A stretch of 61,027 nucleotides of DNA, filler included, from Chloroflexota bacterium (GTDB lineage Bacteria; Chloroflexota; Chloroflexia; QHBQ01): the NCBI GenBank assembly GCA_043754535.1. It is 5 parts of 4 records of this genome, joined end to end, with 100 filler letters (N's around TTAATTAATTAA, not from the genome) between each part and the next. Parts side by side here need not be neighbours in the genome. Positions count along the whole stretch, not along the records: positions 1 to 10,079 come from JAYUUN010000091.1; positions 10,180 to 20,244 come from JAYUUN010000092.1; 3 more parts are not named here. One strand, written 5' to 3'. Position numbers and translations under genes: made by a program. The notes under the pieces were generated by a model. That model searched no databases and had not been told where the DNA came from. It worked only from the letters and a program-made list of their open reading frames with translations. Positions 1-10,305 of this stretch are shown here, piece after piece (the first letter of the stretch is position 1; every line of letters starts with the position of its first letter).

Positions 1-85
1 GTGCAACTGTGGGTACAGCTAGAGGAGGATTGGTTTGGTCTTCTCACCACTGAGGTGAACGAGGCCGGTTACTTGCGACTTAGCC

Positions 86-114
86 ATTATACGACATCAG
101 CTTCTCACTGTCAA
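86..114 (-). promoter_or_regulatory. sigma70-type promoter (P2 of a tandem pair) firing out of the window
   Basis: Minus strand TTGACA-17nt-TATAAT, perfect consensus. Confidence 0.8.
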
Positions 115-215
115 GGGCTTTTGGCAACTTTAGCGGTAATTTGCTTCTGTTAGCTTTTTCGCCCTGAACACCACTTACCTCGCGGCAGTTGTGGCGGTCA
201 TTGCTGACAAAGCAG

Positions 216-244
216 AGTATACGACAACACAGCGTAGATGTCAA
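216..244 (-). promoter_or_regulatory. sigma70-type promoter (P1 of a tandem pair)
   Basis: Minus strand TTGACA-17nt-TATACT. Confidence 0.75.
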
Positions 245-284
245 GCGGATTCGCCGATTTAGGCACCTCCGTTCGAGGATTAGT

Positions 285-1190
285 TCAGACTAGCAACGAA
301 CCCAGTGCTACGCTTGCCAACCGTTCGTGCGGCACATCATCGCGGCTAGCGAGAATGATTGGTGCCTTGCCACCAACCACTACGCCCGCCGTGCGCCCAC
401 CAGCCAGGTAGCTGATCGCCATCACCAGCATATTACCTGCCTCAATGTCGGGTGCGATCAAGATGTCGGCTTGCCCCGCTACGGCAGAGCGGATGCCCTT
501 TGCCTTCGCCGCTGCTGGGCTGATCGCGTTGTCCAGACCCAGTGGCCCATCTACTAGCCCGCCGCGTATTTGACCACGCTCTGCCATTTTGCTCAGGTTG
601 GCCGCGTCCACTGTGGCTGGCATACTGGGGTTGACCATCTCCAATGCGGCAATCAAGGCCACCTTTGGTTCGCTAATGCCCACCTTCTGTACCACATCTA
701 TCGCGTTCTGTACGATTTGTATCTTCTCCTCTAGGGTGGGGGCGACCATCACGCCCGCGTCAGCCACCCAGATGATGCGGTCGAAGCCAGGTATCTCGAA
801 GGCGGCGACGTGGGTGAGCAGCTTGCCAATGCGGAGACCAATCTTGCTGTCCAATGCGGCGTGCAGGACGTTGGCGACGTTGACGCGCCCACCCATCAAC
901 ATATCCGCTTGCCCACGGGCGACGATCTCTACTGCGCGCCGCACTGCCAGCCCACTATTCTTCTCGTCGAGTAGCTGCATACCGGTCAGGTTGATGCCGT
1001 TCTCTGCTGCCAGCTTCTTGATTTGCTCGCTGTCGCCAATCAGGATTGAGTTGGCTATCTTATCCTCGTAGGCGGCCTGGGCTGCGGCCAGTACCTCTTT
1101 GTCCTGAGCAACAGCGATTGCCATCGTGCGCGGGCCACGGGCGCGGGCGGCCTCAATGATATCGGCGAAGTTGCGGGCTGGGTGGCTCAT
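285..1190 (-). CDS. ptb: phosphate butyryltransferase / PTA_PTB family
   Basis: VDGPLGLDNAIS and ADILIAPDIEAGN motifs, APIILASR; start moved to ATG 1190, which has a GGAGGG RBS. Confidence 0.85.
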   Translation of the reverse strand: MSHPARNFADIIEAARARGPRTMAIAVAQDKEVLAAAQAAYEDKIANSILIGDSEQIKKLAAENGINLTGMQLLDEKNSGLAVRRAVEIVARGQADMLMGGRVNVANVLHAALDSKIGLRIGKLLTHVAAFEIPGFDRIIWVADAGVMVAPTLEEKIQIVQNAIDVVQKVGISEPKVALIAALEMVNPSMPATVDAANLSKMAERGQIRGGLVDGPLGLDNAISPAAAKAKGIRSAVAGQADILIAPDIEAGNMLVMAISYLAGGRTAGVVVGGKAPIILASRDDVPHERLASVALGSLLV

Positions 1191-1270
1191 TATCCCCTCC
1201 ATCTCTATATTGGTGTCAGTTGTTGCTTGCATTGTAGCATATGCGCTAATACTATGCTATAATCTGCGCC

Positions 1271-2923
1271 ATGCGCGTACTAAGAGCAGGGGCTATGCTG
1301 GTGGTAGCGGTTGGCCTCTTTGTCTTCTCCCTTTGGCAGGTGGGCAACTATGAAGCCCGCCTCACTCGGCGTGCCTTCTTCGTCCCAGCTTTGCGGGCCG
1401 AGTTGCCGCCAGTGCCAGTGCTAGCCTTCTTTCCTGGCGGCAAGCCCACTGGCATTGCGATCATCGCGCATGGCTTCTCAGCTAACAAGGAGTTGATGCA
1501 GGGCTTCGCTATTGAACTGGCCCGCAACGACGGCTTGGTAGCCTACCTGTTCGACTTCCCCGGCCACGGCCAGGCAGCAGATCGCCTCAGCCTCCAGGAT
1601 GACAGCGGTAGCAGCCTGACCGCCAGCCTGACCGCTGTCTACGACTATGCTCAGCGCGAGGCTAGTACCACCGGATCGCCGACCGGCACTGTGCTGCTCG
1701 GCCACTCGATGGGATCGCGCACCGTTGCTCTCTATGGCCTCGACAACCGCGAGGTGCTGGCGACCATTGCGCTCTCGCCTGCCATGACTGATGCTGACCT
1801 GCGCCGCTTCAGCAACAACCAGCCGCGCAATCTACTGCTCCTCGCTGGCGAGCAGGATTTGCCAGTCAGCGTACAGGGGGTAGTCAGCGGCACCCGCTAT
1901 GCTAGCAGCGGTCTCGCTCGTGGCGGGGGAGACTCCACCGTGTTCGGTAGCTGGACAAACGGCACGGCGCGCAAGGGCAAGCTCTACCCTGGTCTCAACC
2001 ACCTGACCATCCTCTTTTCTACCGCTGTGTATGATGAGGTTGACCGCTGGGCCTTCCACAGCCTCGGTCTGCGCCTGGGTGATGGGGCAAGCCTGCCACC
2101 CACTGCCGCCGAGGGGCGGCTTGGCTGGGTGATCGCTACCCTGCTCTCAGCTATCCTGCTCACCTTCGCCGTCGTCGGTCTGCTCACTACCTTCCGCGAC
2201 CGCCGCTGGGAGGAGCAGGAACGTGCCACCCGCCCCAGCTTCATGGGGTCGGCTACCGCAACCTACCTGGTCATGGTGCTGTTCGGCTCGGTCGTAGCCA
2301 TCCTTAGCTATCGACTGTTCAGTGGCCTGGGCTTCAACCCCTTCGTCTTCCTCAGCGTCAGCCTCACTCCCTTCCTTGCTCTTTACTTCCTGGTCGTCGG
2401 CGTGGTCTGCTGGCTGGCGATCCGCGGCCTCAACCCTACCAGCTTGCCTACCTTCGACCTCAACGGGGTGGGTGGCGGGCTACTGGTCGGCGGCCTGATC
2501 TGGCTGGTCTGGTACCTCACCCTCGGCCTTGCCACCAGCTTCAGCCTCTTTCGCCTCACCTTCGACGAACACAACCTCTACCGCCTACCGATCATGCTGG
2601 CTCTTGCCCTCCTGTTCTTCCCCTATTTCAGCGTAGATGAGGCGATCTGGCGCGGCTGGCAGCAGAACCGCCGCTGGGGAGTTGGGCTGCTCGGCGGCCT
2701 GCTCAGTAAGCTGCTGATCCTTGCGGCTCTGCTGGTCGCCATCCTCACCAGTAGTGACCTGTTCTTCCTCACCCTCGCCCTGCCAGTGCTAGCGATCCTC
2801 TTTATTATCGCCCAGTTCTTTACCGCCTGGCTCTACCGCGCCACTGGCAACGTATGGGCTGGCGCGTGGTGGCAGTCCCTATTCTTCGCCCAGGTGCTGG
2901 CAATGCTGTTCGCCTTTGTCTAA
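1271..2923 (+). CDS. alpha/beta hydrolase with C-terminal multi-pass membrane domain
   Basis: HGF oxyanion motif, DFPGHG, GHSMG nucleophile elbow, GLNH; about 8 hydrophobic helices in the C-terminal half; ATG lies 7 nt after TGCTATAAT (possibly leaderless). Confidence 0.8.
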   Translation: MRVLRAGAMLVVAVGLFVFSLWQVGNYEARLTRRAFFVPALRAELPPVPVLAFFPGGKPTGIAIIAHGFSANKELMQGFAIELARNDGLVAYLFDFPGHGQAADRLSLQDDSGSSLTASLTAVYDYAQREASTTGSPTGTVLLGHSMGSRTVALYGLDNREVLATIALSPAMTDADLRRFSNNQPRNLLLLAGEQDLPVSVQGVVSGTRYASSGLARGGGDSTVFGSWTNGTARKGKLYPGLNHLTILFSTAVYDEVDRWAFHSLGLRLGDGASLPPTAAEGRLGWVIATLLSAILLTFAVVGLLTTFRDRRWEEQERATRPSFMGSATATYLVMVLFGSVVAILSYRLFSGLGFNPFVFLSVSLTPFLALYFLVVGVVCWLAIRGLNPTSLPTFDLNGVGGGLLVGGLIWLVWYLTLGLATSFSLFRLTFDEHNLYRLPIMLALALLFFPYFSVDEAIWRGWQQNRRWGVGLLGGLLSKLLILAALLVAILTSSDLFFLTLALPVLAILFIIAQFFTAWLYRATGNVWAGAWWQSLFFAQVLAMLFAFV

Positions 2924-2935
2924 AGCGCACGTACG

Positions 2936-2966
2936 AAAAAGGGCCACCAGCCGCAGCCAGTAGCCC
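2936..2966 (-). terminator. rho-independent terminator of cbs
   Basis: Minus strand GGGCTACTGG...CTGGTGGCCC hairpin followed by TTTTT. Confidence 0.6.
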
Positions 2967-2981
2967 CGATCATCTTGCAAG

Positions 2982-4421
2982 CTACCGCTGCCACGGCGCG
3001 CCCTTGCTGTTGACTACGTACTCTAGCAGGTCGGTGCGGGTGATGATCGCTGTTGGCCTGCCGCCCTCCTCTACCAGCACGGTCGAGGTGCCGTTGAGCA
3101 GCATTGGCAGCACGCGGTCTATGTCTTCGTCGGAGGAGACTATCGGGAAGGGTGCCTCCATCCACTTTTCTACCGCTGTGTTCAGGTTGGCCGGGTCGCG
3201 GAAGATGCTCTCTAGCAGTGTCTTCTCCTGGATGCTGCCGATCAGCTTGTCTTGGGGGCCAATGCCCACCTGCCCGCCATGCTGGTGGCCGCTGCTGTGC
3301 TGCTCGTCAGCGGGCATAGCGATCACTGGCATCTGGCTGATCTCGTACTTGTGCATCACCTCAACCGCCTCGCGCACGCTGGCCGCGCTGCATACGCTGA
3401 TCAGGGGTGGCAGGGTGGTGTGTTCTACCATCAGGTCTGCCACGTGCGCCTGTATTGGATAGCGATCCAGTAGACCGTTCTCGCGCATCCAGGCATCATT
3501 GTAGAGCTTGCTCAGGTAGTTGCGCCCGGTATCAGGCAGGATGACCACTATCAACTTATCCTCACCAAATCGCTTGGCGACCTCCAACGCTGCCCACATT
3601 GCGGTGCCACACGACTCCCCGACAAGGATACCCTCCTCGCGGGTGATGCGCCGAGCCATATTGAAGGCATCCTTGTCTGTGACCATGATCCATTCGTCTA
3701 CCAGGCTGCGATCCAGAGTGTCAGGGTAGAAGTCCTGCCCGATCCCTTCCTGCTTGTAGGTCTTGGGCTGCTGAATGCCGCTAGTGTAGATCGAACCCTC
3801 CGGGTCGGCCCCGACGATCAGGATGTCGGGGTTCTGCTCCTTAAGGTAGCGGGCCACCCCAGTGATCGTCCCTCCCGTGCCAACGCTAGCAACCAGCACA
3901 TCAACCCTGCCGTCCGTCTGCCGCCAGATTTCGGGGCCAGTAGTGGCATAGTGTGCCTCTGGGTTGTTCATGTTGTAGTACTGGTCGGGCAGGAACGCCC
4001 CTGGTATCTCCTCCGACAGCCGTTTTGCCACGCTGGTATAGCTCTGCGGCGAACCATGTGGCACGGCAGTGGGGGTAATCACTACCTCAGCCCCAAATGC
4101 TTTGAGGACGTTCACCTTATCGGTACTCTGCTTGTCGGCCATTACAAAGATAGATTTGTAGCCTTTGATCGCTGCGACGATAGCCAGCCCCGCGCCAGTG
4201 TTGCCGCTAGTTGGCTCGATGATCGTGCCACCGCGCTTCAAGAGGCCGCGCTGCTCAGCATCCTCGATCATCGCCAGACCAATCCGATCCTTAATGCTAC
4301 CACCAGGATTAAAGCCCTCCACCTTCGCCAGGATCGTTGGCCTCGAGCCGCGGTTTAGCTTCGGCACCCGCACCATCGGCGTGTTGCCGATTACATCAAG
4401 GATGCTATCATAAACTTCCAT
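2982..4421 (-). CDS. cbs: cystathionine beta-synthase with C-terminal CBS domain pair
   Basis: NPGGSIKDR (PLP Lys), EPTSGNTG, GTGGT, PDTGRNYLSK, then CBS domains; GGAGG RBS before ATG 4421. Confidence 0.9.
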   Translation of the reverse strand: MEVYDSILDVIGNTPMVRVPKLNRGSRPTILAKVEGFNPGGSIKDRIGLAMIEDAEQRGLLKRGGTIIEPTSGNTGAGLAIVAAIKGYKSIFVMADKQSTDKVNVLKAFGAEVVITPTAVPHGSPQSYTSVAKRLSEEIPGAFLPDQYYNMNNPEAHYATTGPEIWRQTDGRVDVLVASVGTGGTITGVARYLKEQNPDILIVGADPEGSIYTSGIQQPKTYKQEGIGQDFYPDTLDRSLVDEWIMVTDKDAFNMARRITREEGILVGESCGTAMWAALEVAKRFGEDKLIVVILPDTGRNYLSKLYNDAWMRENGLLDRYPIQAHVADLMVEHTTLPPLISVCSAASVREAVEVMHKYEISQMPVIAMPADEQHSSGHQHGGQVGIGPQDKLIGSIQEKTLLESIFRDPANLNTAVEKWMEAPFPIVSSDEDIDRVLPMLLNGTSTVLVEEGGRPTAIITRTDLLEYVVNSKGAPWQR

Positions 4422-4614
4422 CTGCTTTGTTCTCCTCCGGCCACCCCACTGTGGTTGCTGTACCATTAGCCTCGTTCATCGCTAAGTATAGGGAACTAGA
4501 GGTGGCAATGTCAATTAGCAGAGCCATTGTACAATCTTTCTTGTAAGTAACAGGTCGCGAGCCAGCTTGTGCGCTCAGCACGTTAGCCGCGCCAGCGCAG
4601 CTGTCGTTGGTTAC

Positions 4615-6261
4615 TCATCTGGTTAGCGGCTGGGCAACCGCCCGCACCTGCGTATCACCTGTGATCGTAAACCGCCGCCCCAAGCTGACCGCAGTGCTGA
4701 GGCCGCGAAAGAGCGCGCTGACCGCTAACCAGAGGCTAAACACTGCTGCCCCCACTATTGCCCCCACTATGCTGCTGATCGCATTTACTGCGTCGTTGTT
4801 CAGCCAACGCAAGCCGCGTCGGTAGGTGTTTGGCGTACCGTCGCCAGCGATCCGCTTCTCCGTCTCCTTCTCGTCGCCGGGCGCGTAGTACATCACCTGC
4901 ATCGTTGCCCCCAGCAGGCTGTCGAACATCGCCCCAGCTAGCCCACCAACCAGCGCGACGAGTGGCAGGGCCGCTAGTTGACTGATGCTAAGTCCCTGTG
5001 GCTGAAATAGGCCATGCACCAACAGCATCAGTAGCATCGCTAGGCCGATCAACAGGCCGCCCGCTGCCGCCGCCCCTGTCCCCAGGGCCGTCACCCCGCC
5101 GCTGGTCCCCGCCGTTACCAGCTTGCCAGTGGTGATCGAGCGCGGTGGTCGCTTGCTCAGTATCCCCAACTCCGTCGCCCAGGTGTCAGCGTTGACCGTT
5201 GCCAGAGCCGCAACGAAGGCGGCCAGCCAGAGCGGGCGCGGGTCGAGCAGGTGGACGAGAGCAAAGGCCACCGCTACCCCCCCGTTCGCAATCGCCTGTC
5301 CCCAATCTCTTGTGCCACCCTTGTCGAACTTCTCCGTCTCAAGCTGCTCCTTATCGCGCTTGCGGTAGTGCGAGAGCAGGGTAGCGGTGACAAAGAAGAC
5401 GATCAGCAGGAGACCCCACGACCAGCCGCCAAAGGCAAAGATGCTGCTACCCGTCACTACTGCACCCAACACTCCGCTCAAGCTCAGGCTGCGCTGTCGG
5501 TAGGAGAACAAGCCGATGGCACCGCTGACTGCCAGCCCCAGTGCCAGCCGCCAGCCCACCTCTGGGTAGCTTAGCAGCAGCCAGCCGAGGCCGCTGGTTA
5601 GCAGCGGTACGGTCAGATTGTCCAGGCCATGAGCCGTAACCGCCTCGATCAGCGTGGCACATACCGCTAGCAGCAGAGCAAAGGCTAGCAGAGTGGCGGT
5701 GGCAAAGCTGCTGCCGAAGTAGTTGGCGTTGAGGTAGAACAGGGTGAGCGAGATCGCCACCGCGCTAACCAGCAGCATCGCCGCTGAGCCTTCTACGCTG
5801 CGTCCGCCCGCTCGCCCAGCCGGGTAGACGTGGTAGGGGTGCCGCCCTAGCGGTTGGCCTATCAGAGCAGCAGCCGCGTCGCCCCAGGTCATTGCCATCA
5901 GCCCGACAAACACGACATATGTGGTTGGCTGGCTACTCCCGGCCAGGATCAAGAATAGCAAGGCGCAGGAGAGCGCAAACCAGACCGTTCCCGCCCCACC
6001 CGTTTCGACCGAACGCACCAGCCGGGTACGGTAGTTCAGGTAGTTGATCAGGATGAAGGCCGTAAACGGCACCACCCGCCACCAGGGAGACTCGAACAGG
6101 GCCAACGCCCCCCACGTCCACATCCCCGCGCCGACGTGTACAAACTTGCGGGTCAGATCGGGCGACACGCGGGCGTAGCGGCGTAGCAACTCGGCCACCA
6201 GCAGCAGCACGGTCGGGTAGACCAGCGAGACGATCAGGGCAAAAGTATCGCGGCTGCTCAT
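4615..6261 (-). CDS. phytol/dolichol kinase-like (CTP_transf) domain fused to DUF92 (TMEM19/VTE6-like)
   Basis: N-half RKFVH, WGDAAAALIG, RSVEGS, GLDNLTVP; C-half RDWGQAIANGG, NADTWATELG, GTSGGVT, DSLLGATMQ, NDAVN; ATGA overlap with the upstream gene. Confidence 0.85.
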   Translation of the reverse strand: MSSRDTFALIVSLVYPTVLLLVAELLRRYARVSPDLTRKFVHVGAGMWTWGALALFESPWWRVVPFTAFILINYLNYRTRLVRSVETGGAGTVWFALSCALLFLILAGSSQPTTYVVFVGLMAMTWGDAAAALIGQPLGRHPYHVYPAGRAGGRSVEGSAAMLLVSAVAISLTLFYLNANYFGSSFATATLLAFALLLAVCATLIEAVTAHGLDNLTVPLLTSGLGWLLLSYPEVGWRLALGLAVSGAIGLFSYRQRSLSLSGVLGAVVTGSSIFAFGGWSWGLLLIVFFVTATLLSHYRKRDKEQLETEKFDKGGTRDWGQAIANGGVAVAFALVHLLDPRPLWLAAFVAALATVNADTWATELGILSKRPPRSITTGKLVTAGTSGGVTALGTGAAAAGGLLIGLAMLLMLLVHGLFQPQGLSISQLAALPLVALVGGLAGAMFDSLLGATMQVMYYAPGDEKETEKRIAGDGTPNTYRRGLRWLNNDAVNAISSIVGAIVGAAVFSLWLAVSALFRGLSTAVSLGRRFTITGDTQVRAVAQPLTR

Positions 6262-6509
6262 ATCAGTGCGTCCAGCGTCGTCTTGCCAACGTAGATCACC
6301 AGCAGCAGCACAAGCATCGCCGCCCACCACACCCCCCAGAAGGGTGAGAGCAGGCTGCGCTCGTTATCGGGCAGGGGACCATTTAGTAGCCACCAGATAC
6401 CATGCGGGATCGCATAGACGATTGCCGCCACCAACGATCCCAGCACCAGCCGAGTGAAGCAGCCAAGATAGACATTGCGCCGCTTCGGTCGTACCTGCTT
6501 CTGTTGCAT
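6258..6509 (-). CDS. small two-TM membrane protein
   Basis: 83-aa ORF with two hydrophobic stretches, tightly packed between its neighbours. Confidence 0.65.
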   Translation of the reverse strand: MQQKQVRPKRRNVYLGCFTRLVLGSLVAAIVYAIPHGIWWLLNGPLPDNERSLLSPFWGVWWAAMLVLLLVIYVGKTTLDALI

Positions 6510-6515
6510 CCCCGC

Positions 6516-7697
6516 TCACCCCCCCGCAATCTTCGCCAGTGTTGTGCAGAAGCGGTCAAGCTCTGCCTCTGTGTTGTAGTAATGGACGCTGGCCCGCAGC
6601 AACTTGTCCAGCCCGCGTGTATCCATGTCCAGCCGGGCCGACCCTGCGTAGGAGACCCAGACGTTGATCTGCTGCTCCCACAGGGCCGCTCGGATCGCTT
6701 CCGGCTCGCGCCCTGCGACAGTAAAGGTGACGATCCCGCAGCGATCTACGCCCAGGTCGCGCCCTGTGACCGCCGCTAGCGTCGCCAACTGCGCCCGCAG
6801 GTAGTCAGCTAGCAGCATCACCCGCTCCTGGATGCTGTCCAGCCCCCAACTCAGGGCGTAGTCAATCGCCACCCCCAGGCCGATCTTGCCCGCGAAGTTC
6901 AGCTCATAGCTCTCGAAGCGGCTGGCGGCAGGATTCAGGCTGTAGCTGCTAGCCGATAGCCACTCCGCCCCACCTGTGTCCATCATTGCAGGCTCCAACT
7001 GCTCGGCTATTGCGCGACGCACGTAGAGCAAGCCGGTGCTGCGCGGCCCGCGTAGGTACTTGCGCCCGGTCGCGGCCAGGAAGTCGCAGCCAATCTCTTC
7101 CACGGACACTGGCATCTGCCCTACCGACTGGCAGGCATCCAGCAGGTAAAGTACACCCGCCTCCTTCGCCACTTGCCCAATCTCGGCAGCGGGGTTGACC
7201 AGGCCGCTGTTGGTCGCCACCTGGGTGATGGCAATCAGCTTCACCCGCTCGTCTAGCATCTGGCGCAGGGCAGCGGGCGAAGTCTGGCCCTGCTCATCGT
7301 TGGCGATCACTTCTACCAATGCGCCCGTGCGTTGGCTCACCTGCAAGATAGCCATGTAGTTGCTGACATATTCAGCAGTCGAAACCAGGATGCGGTCGCC
7401 AGCCTTGAAGGGGATGGCGTAGAAGGCAGCACCCCAGGCCCGACTCGCACCGTCGCTGAAGGCGATCTCGTCGCGCGCACAACCCAGCAAAGTAGCAGCA
7501 GCGTCGTAGAAGTGGGCTAGCTGATCAGCCGCTCTGTGTTCGGCCTCGTAGCCACCGATCTCGGCTTCGCGGCGCAGGTGGCCGAACACTGCATCCAGCA
7601 CCGGGTTGGGCTGCAAAGAAGCGCCCGCGTTGTTCAGGTGGATTAGCTGCTCCACCGCTGGCGTGTCCCGCCGCGCTCGCTCCAGGTCAATCGTCAC
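6516..7697 (-). CDS. aminotransferase class V PLP enzyme (cysteine desulfurase/EgtE-like)
   Basis: HLNNAGAS, LDACQSVG, TGRKYLRGP (PLP Lys), RASVHYYN; GTG start at 7697 (the ORF-track extension overlaps the divergent gene). Confidence 0.85.
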   Translation of the reverse strand: MTIDLERARRDTPAVEQLIHLNNAGASLQPNPVLDAVFGHLRREAEIGGYEAEHRAADQLAHFYDAAATLLGCARDEIAFSDGASRAWGAAFYAIPFKAGDRILVSTAEYVSNYMAILQVSQRTGALVEVIANDEQGQTSPAALRQMLDERVKLIAITQVATNSGLVNPAAEIGQVAKEAGVLYLLDACQSVGQMPVSVEEIGCDFLAATGRKYLRGPRSTGLLYVRRAIAEQLEPAMMDTGGAEWLSASSYSLNPAASRFESYELNFAGKIGLGVAIDYALSWGLDSIQERVMLLADYLRAQLATLAAVTGRDLGVDRCGIVTFTVAGREPEAIRAALWEQQINVWVSYAGSARLDMDTRGLDKLLRASVHYYNTEAELDRFCTTLAKIAGG

Positions 7698-7917
7698 CTC
7701 AATTACCCCTTGCTTGCTGTTTAGTTGCAACCAAATTATAGCACAACCAGCTAGCTGTGGCCTTACCCAACTCGCCATCAACCCGCCAGCTAGCTGCCAG
7801 TTAGTAACGAAGTGGCATTTTAGGGCTGAAGTGTCAAGAACTTTACACTTTTTCGGCTGGGATGTGCTATAATGCCTTTGCCTTGCAGCAACCTTGATCG
7901 TGGAGCGTGACTTTCGC

Positions 7918-8754
7918 ATGGGGGAACCACAGTTCGTCGTAATACCAATGGCTATTGGTGATGCCTTCAGCGACTCTTTCGCTCGTGGCAACGCAGGCTT
8001 CCTGATCCTCGCTGGGGATGAGCAGATCATGCTCGATTGCCCCCCACTGGTTGGCGCACTGCTAAAGCAGGCAAGCCACCTGAGTGGCGTGCCTGCCACC
8101 CTGGCTGGCATCGGCCACGTCCTCGTCACTCATCTGCACGACGACCATAGCGGCGGCCTCTCTGAGTACACTATTGTCCACGCCACCGCCCGTAATCCGC
8201 TCTCTGCCAGCCAACGCCGCTACTCTGCCGCAGAGCAGGCAGCAGCCCTACGCTACGGTCGCCCAACCCTGCACGGCCATCCACACCTGGTGAAACACTT
8301 CTGGCAGCAGAAGCTAAAGATTGCCCTGGGTCAGTCCTATACCAACGAAGGGGACTTCCAGGAGAACCAGGTCGGCGACTGGTTCTACACCCAGTCGCTC
8401 ACCCCCGGCCACCGCTTCCCCCTGGGCGACAGCGGCGTGGAGGTGGAGGCTCGCTATACCGTCCACCACATCCCCTGCGCCGCCTACAAGTTGTTCTTCA
8501 ACGGACACAGCGTCGGCTTCAGTGGCGACGCACACTTCGAGCCAGCCCTGATCGACTGGCTAGCCAACTGCGACCTAGTGTTCCACGAAAGCACCTACGG
8601 CCCCGGCCACACCGACCTTGACCAACTGCGCGAGTACGTAATGGCCCGCCCCGCCCTCGCCGCTAAGCTCTATGTCTACCACTACCCTAGCACCTATGAC
8701 CTCAAACGCTGCCCACTCAAGTTCGCCCAGGTTGGCAAGCCCCACTCGGTTTAG
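7918..8754 (+). CDS. MBL-fold metallo-hydrolase (RNase Z-like)
   Basis: THLHDDH (HxHxDH), TVHH, FSGD, FHE, GHT, YHY motifs. Confidence 0.85.
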   Translation: MGEPQFVVIPMAIGDAFSDSFARGNAGFLILAGDEQIMLDCPPLVGALLKQASHLSGVPATLAGIGHVLVTHLHDDHSGGLSEYTIVHATARNPLSASQRRYSAAEQAAALRYGRPTLHGHPHLVKHFWQQKLKIALGQSYTNEGDFQENQVGDWFYTQSLTPGHRFPLGDSGVEVEARYTVHHIPCAAYKLFFNGHSVGFSGDAHFEPALIDWLANCDLVFHESTYGPGHTDLDQLREYVMARPALAAKLYVYHYPSTYDLKRCPLKFAQVGKPHSV

Positions 8755-10079
8755 CCAACCCGCCTCTAGCAGAGCGGTTTGGCTGCTGCTTGCCGCCTAC
8801 CTCGCTATCTTCTTTGCCGCTTCCTGGTACAAGTACAGCCACTACGGTTATGGCTACGACCAGGTGGATTTTGAGCAGGCGGTCTGGGCGACGACGCAGG
8901 GGCGACCCTTCTTCGACTCGCGCTTCAACTTCACCGACTCGGTATTTGGCATGGACTTCATGCCCGCCCTCGGCCTGTTCGTCCCCTTCTACGCCCTCGT
9001 TCCTTCAGCCCTGACGATGGCCTGGGGCGAGACGGTGGTGATCGCCCTCGGCGCACTGCCGGTCTACTGGCTGGCGCGGGCAGTGATCGGCGGTCGCTGG
9101 GCAGGGTTGACCTTCGCCAGCCTCTACCTGCTCTATCCCACCATCCAGTACGTCAACCTGTTCGCCTTCAACCTGAGGCCGCTAGGGGTGACAGCGATCC
9201 TATTCGCCCTCTGGTTTTTGCACCAGCGGCGGTGGCTGCCTTTCGTCCTATGCGCTGCCTTCGCGCTGCTGGCCCGCACCGATGTCGCCCTCACTGTTGC
9301 CGCCCTCGGCCTCTACGCCCTGCTCACTACCAAGCCGCTGCGGGCAGGCTTGCGCTTCGGCCTGCCAGTGCTGCTTGGTGGCTTGCTCTACTTCTTCGTC
9401 TCTCTCTACCTGGTCGTTCCCGCCTTCACTTCCCCCTGCACCAACAGTGCAGCGACTAATCAGGTGCAGACTGCCCCCGCCCAGGCTGAAGATACTAGCG
9501 ACAGCCTGCAATCCAGCGAGCCAGGGGGGAATGGCTGTGGTGGGCGGAGCAACTTCCTGATCGGCTACTACAGTCACCTGGGCAACAGCAGCAGCTTTGG
9601 TGGGGTGATCAGCTACGTGGCTACGCACCCAGTCGAGGTGGCGAAGCTGGTCTTCACCGCGCAGAAACTCAAGTACCTGTTTTGGCTGCTGCTACCTGTC
9701 CTCTTTCTGCCGCTGCTACGCCCAGTTAGCTGGCTGCTGCTGGCCCCCACTCTCGCCCTCAACCTGCTGACCAATCGCCGTTCGCAACTGGACTACCACA
9801 GCCACTACCAGATGCTGCTCATCCCCGGCTTGCTGGTTGGAGCGATCTACGGCTTTGCCCGGCTACAAGGCTGGCTGCGCGCGATCAACCTGCCTCCAGG
9901 CACAGGAGAGGAGCAGGCCCACCCGCCCGCCGCTCGCCCGCTCGTGCTAGGGAGCATCGTATTGCTTGCGCTAGCGATCAACTTTGCCAGCGGCAATCCT
10001 GTCTACCACGCCTTCCGCTTCGGTGAGAGTGAAGCGCGGGTAGCGGCAGCCAATGCGCTAGTCGCCAGCGTGCCGCGTG
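8672..10079 (+). CDS. DUF2079-like integral membrane protein (GT-C-like), truncated at contig end
   Basis: YDQVDFEQAVW, LYLLYPTIQ, DYHSHY; many TM segments; start uncertain; runs into the N linker. Confidence 0.7.
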
Positions 10080-10179
10080 NNNNNNNNNNNNNNNNNNNNN
10101 NNNNNNNNNNNNNNNNNNNNNNNTTAATTAATTAANNNNNNNNNNNNNNNNNNNNNNNNNNNNNNNNNNNNNNNNNNNN
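10080..10179. other. artificial contig linker
   Basis: N44-TTAATTAATTAA-N44 (stops in all six frames). Confidence 0.98.
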
Positions 10180-10305
10180 CGCCGCCTGCGCCGGGGCAAG
10201 GCCGAGGCCGGGGGGCCAGAGTGTGCTTCGGTCAGAGAAGGACAGATTGTGGTGGAAAGCTGGAACGGCAACTTTGGCAAGAGGGGTAGCATGAATGGCA
10301 GGTAA
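10180..10305 (+). CDS. minC: septum site-determining protein MinC, 3' fragment
   Basis: Translates as ...GPECASVREGQIVVESWNG..., resembling the MinC C-terminus; overlaps the minD start. Confidence 0.65.
   Translation, partial: RRLRRGKAEAGGPECASVREGQIVVESWNGNFGKRGSMNGR

Noticed and set aside
7698..8129. Long N-terminal extension of the aminotransferase
   Set aside because: Overlaps the divergent MBL gene; family similarity starts at the GTG at 7697
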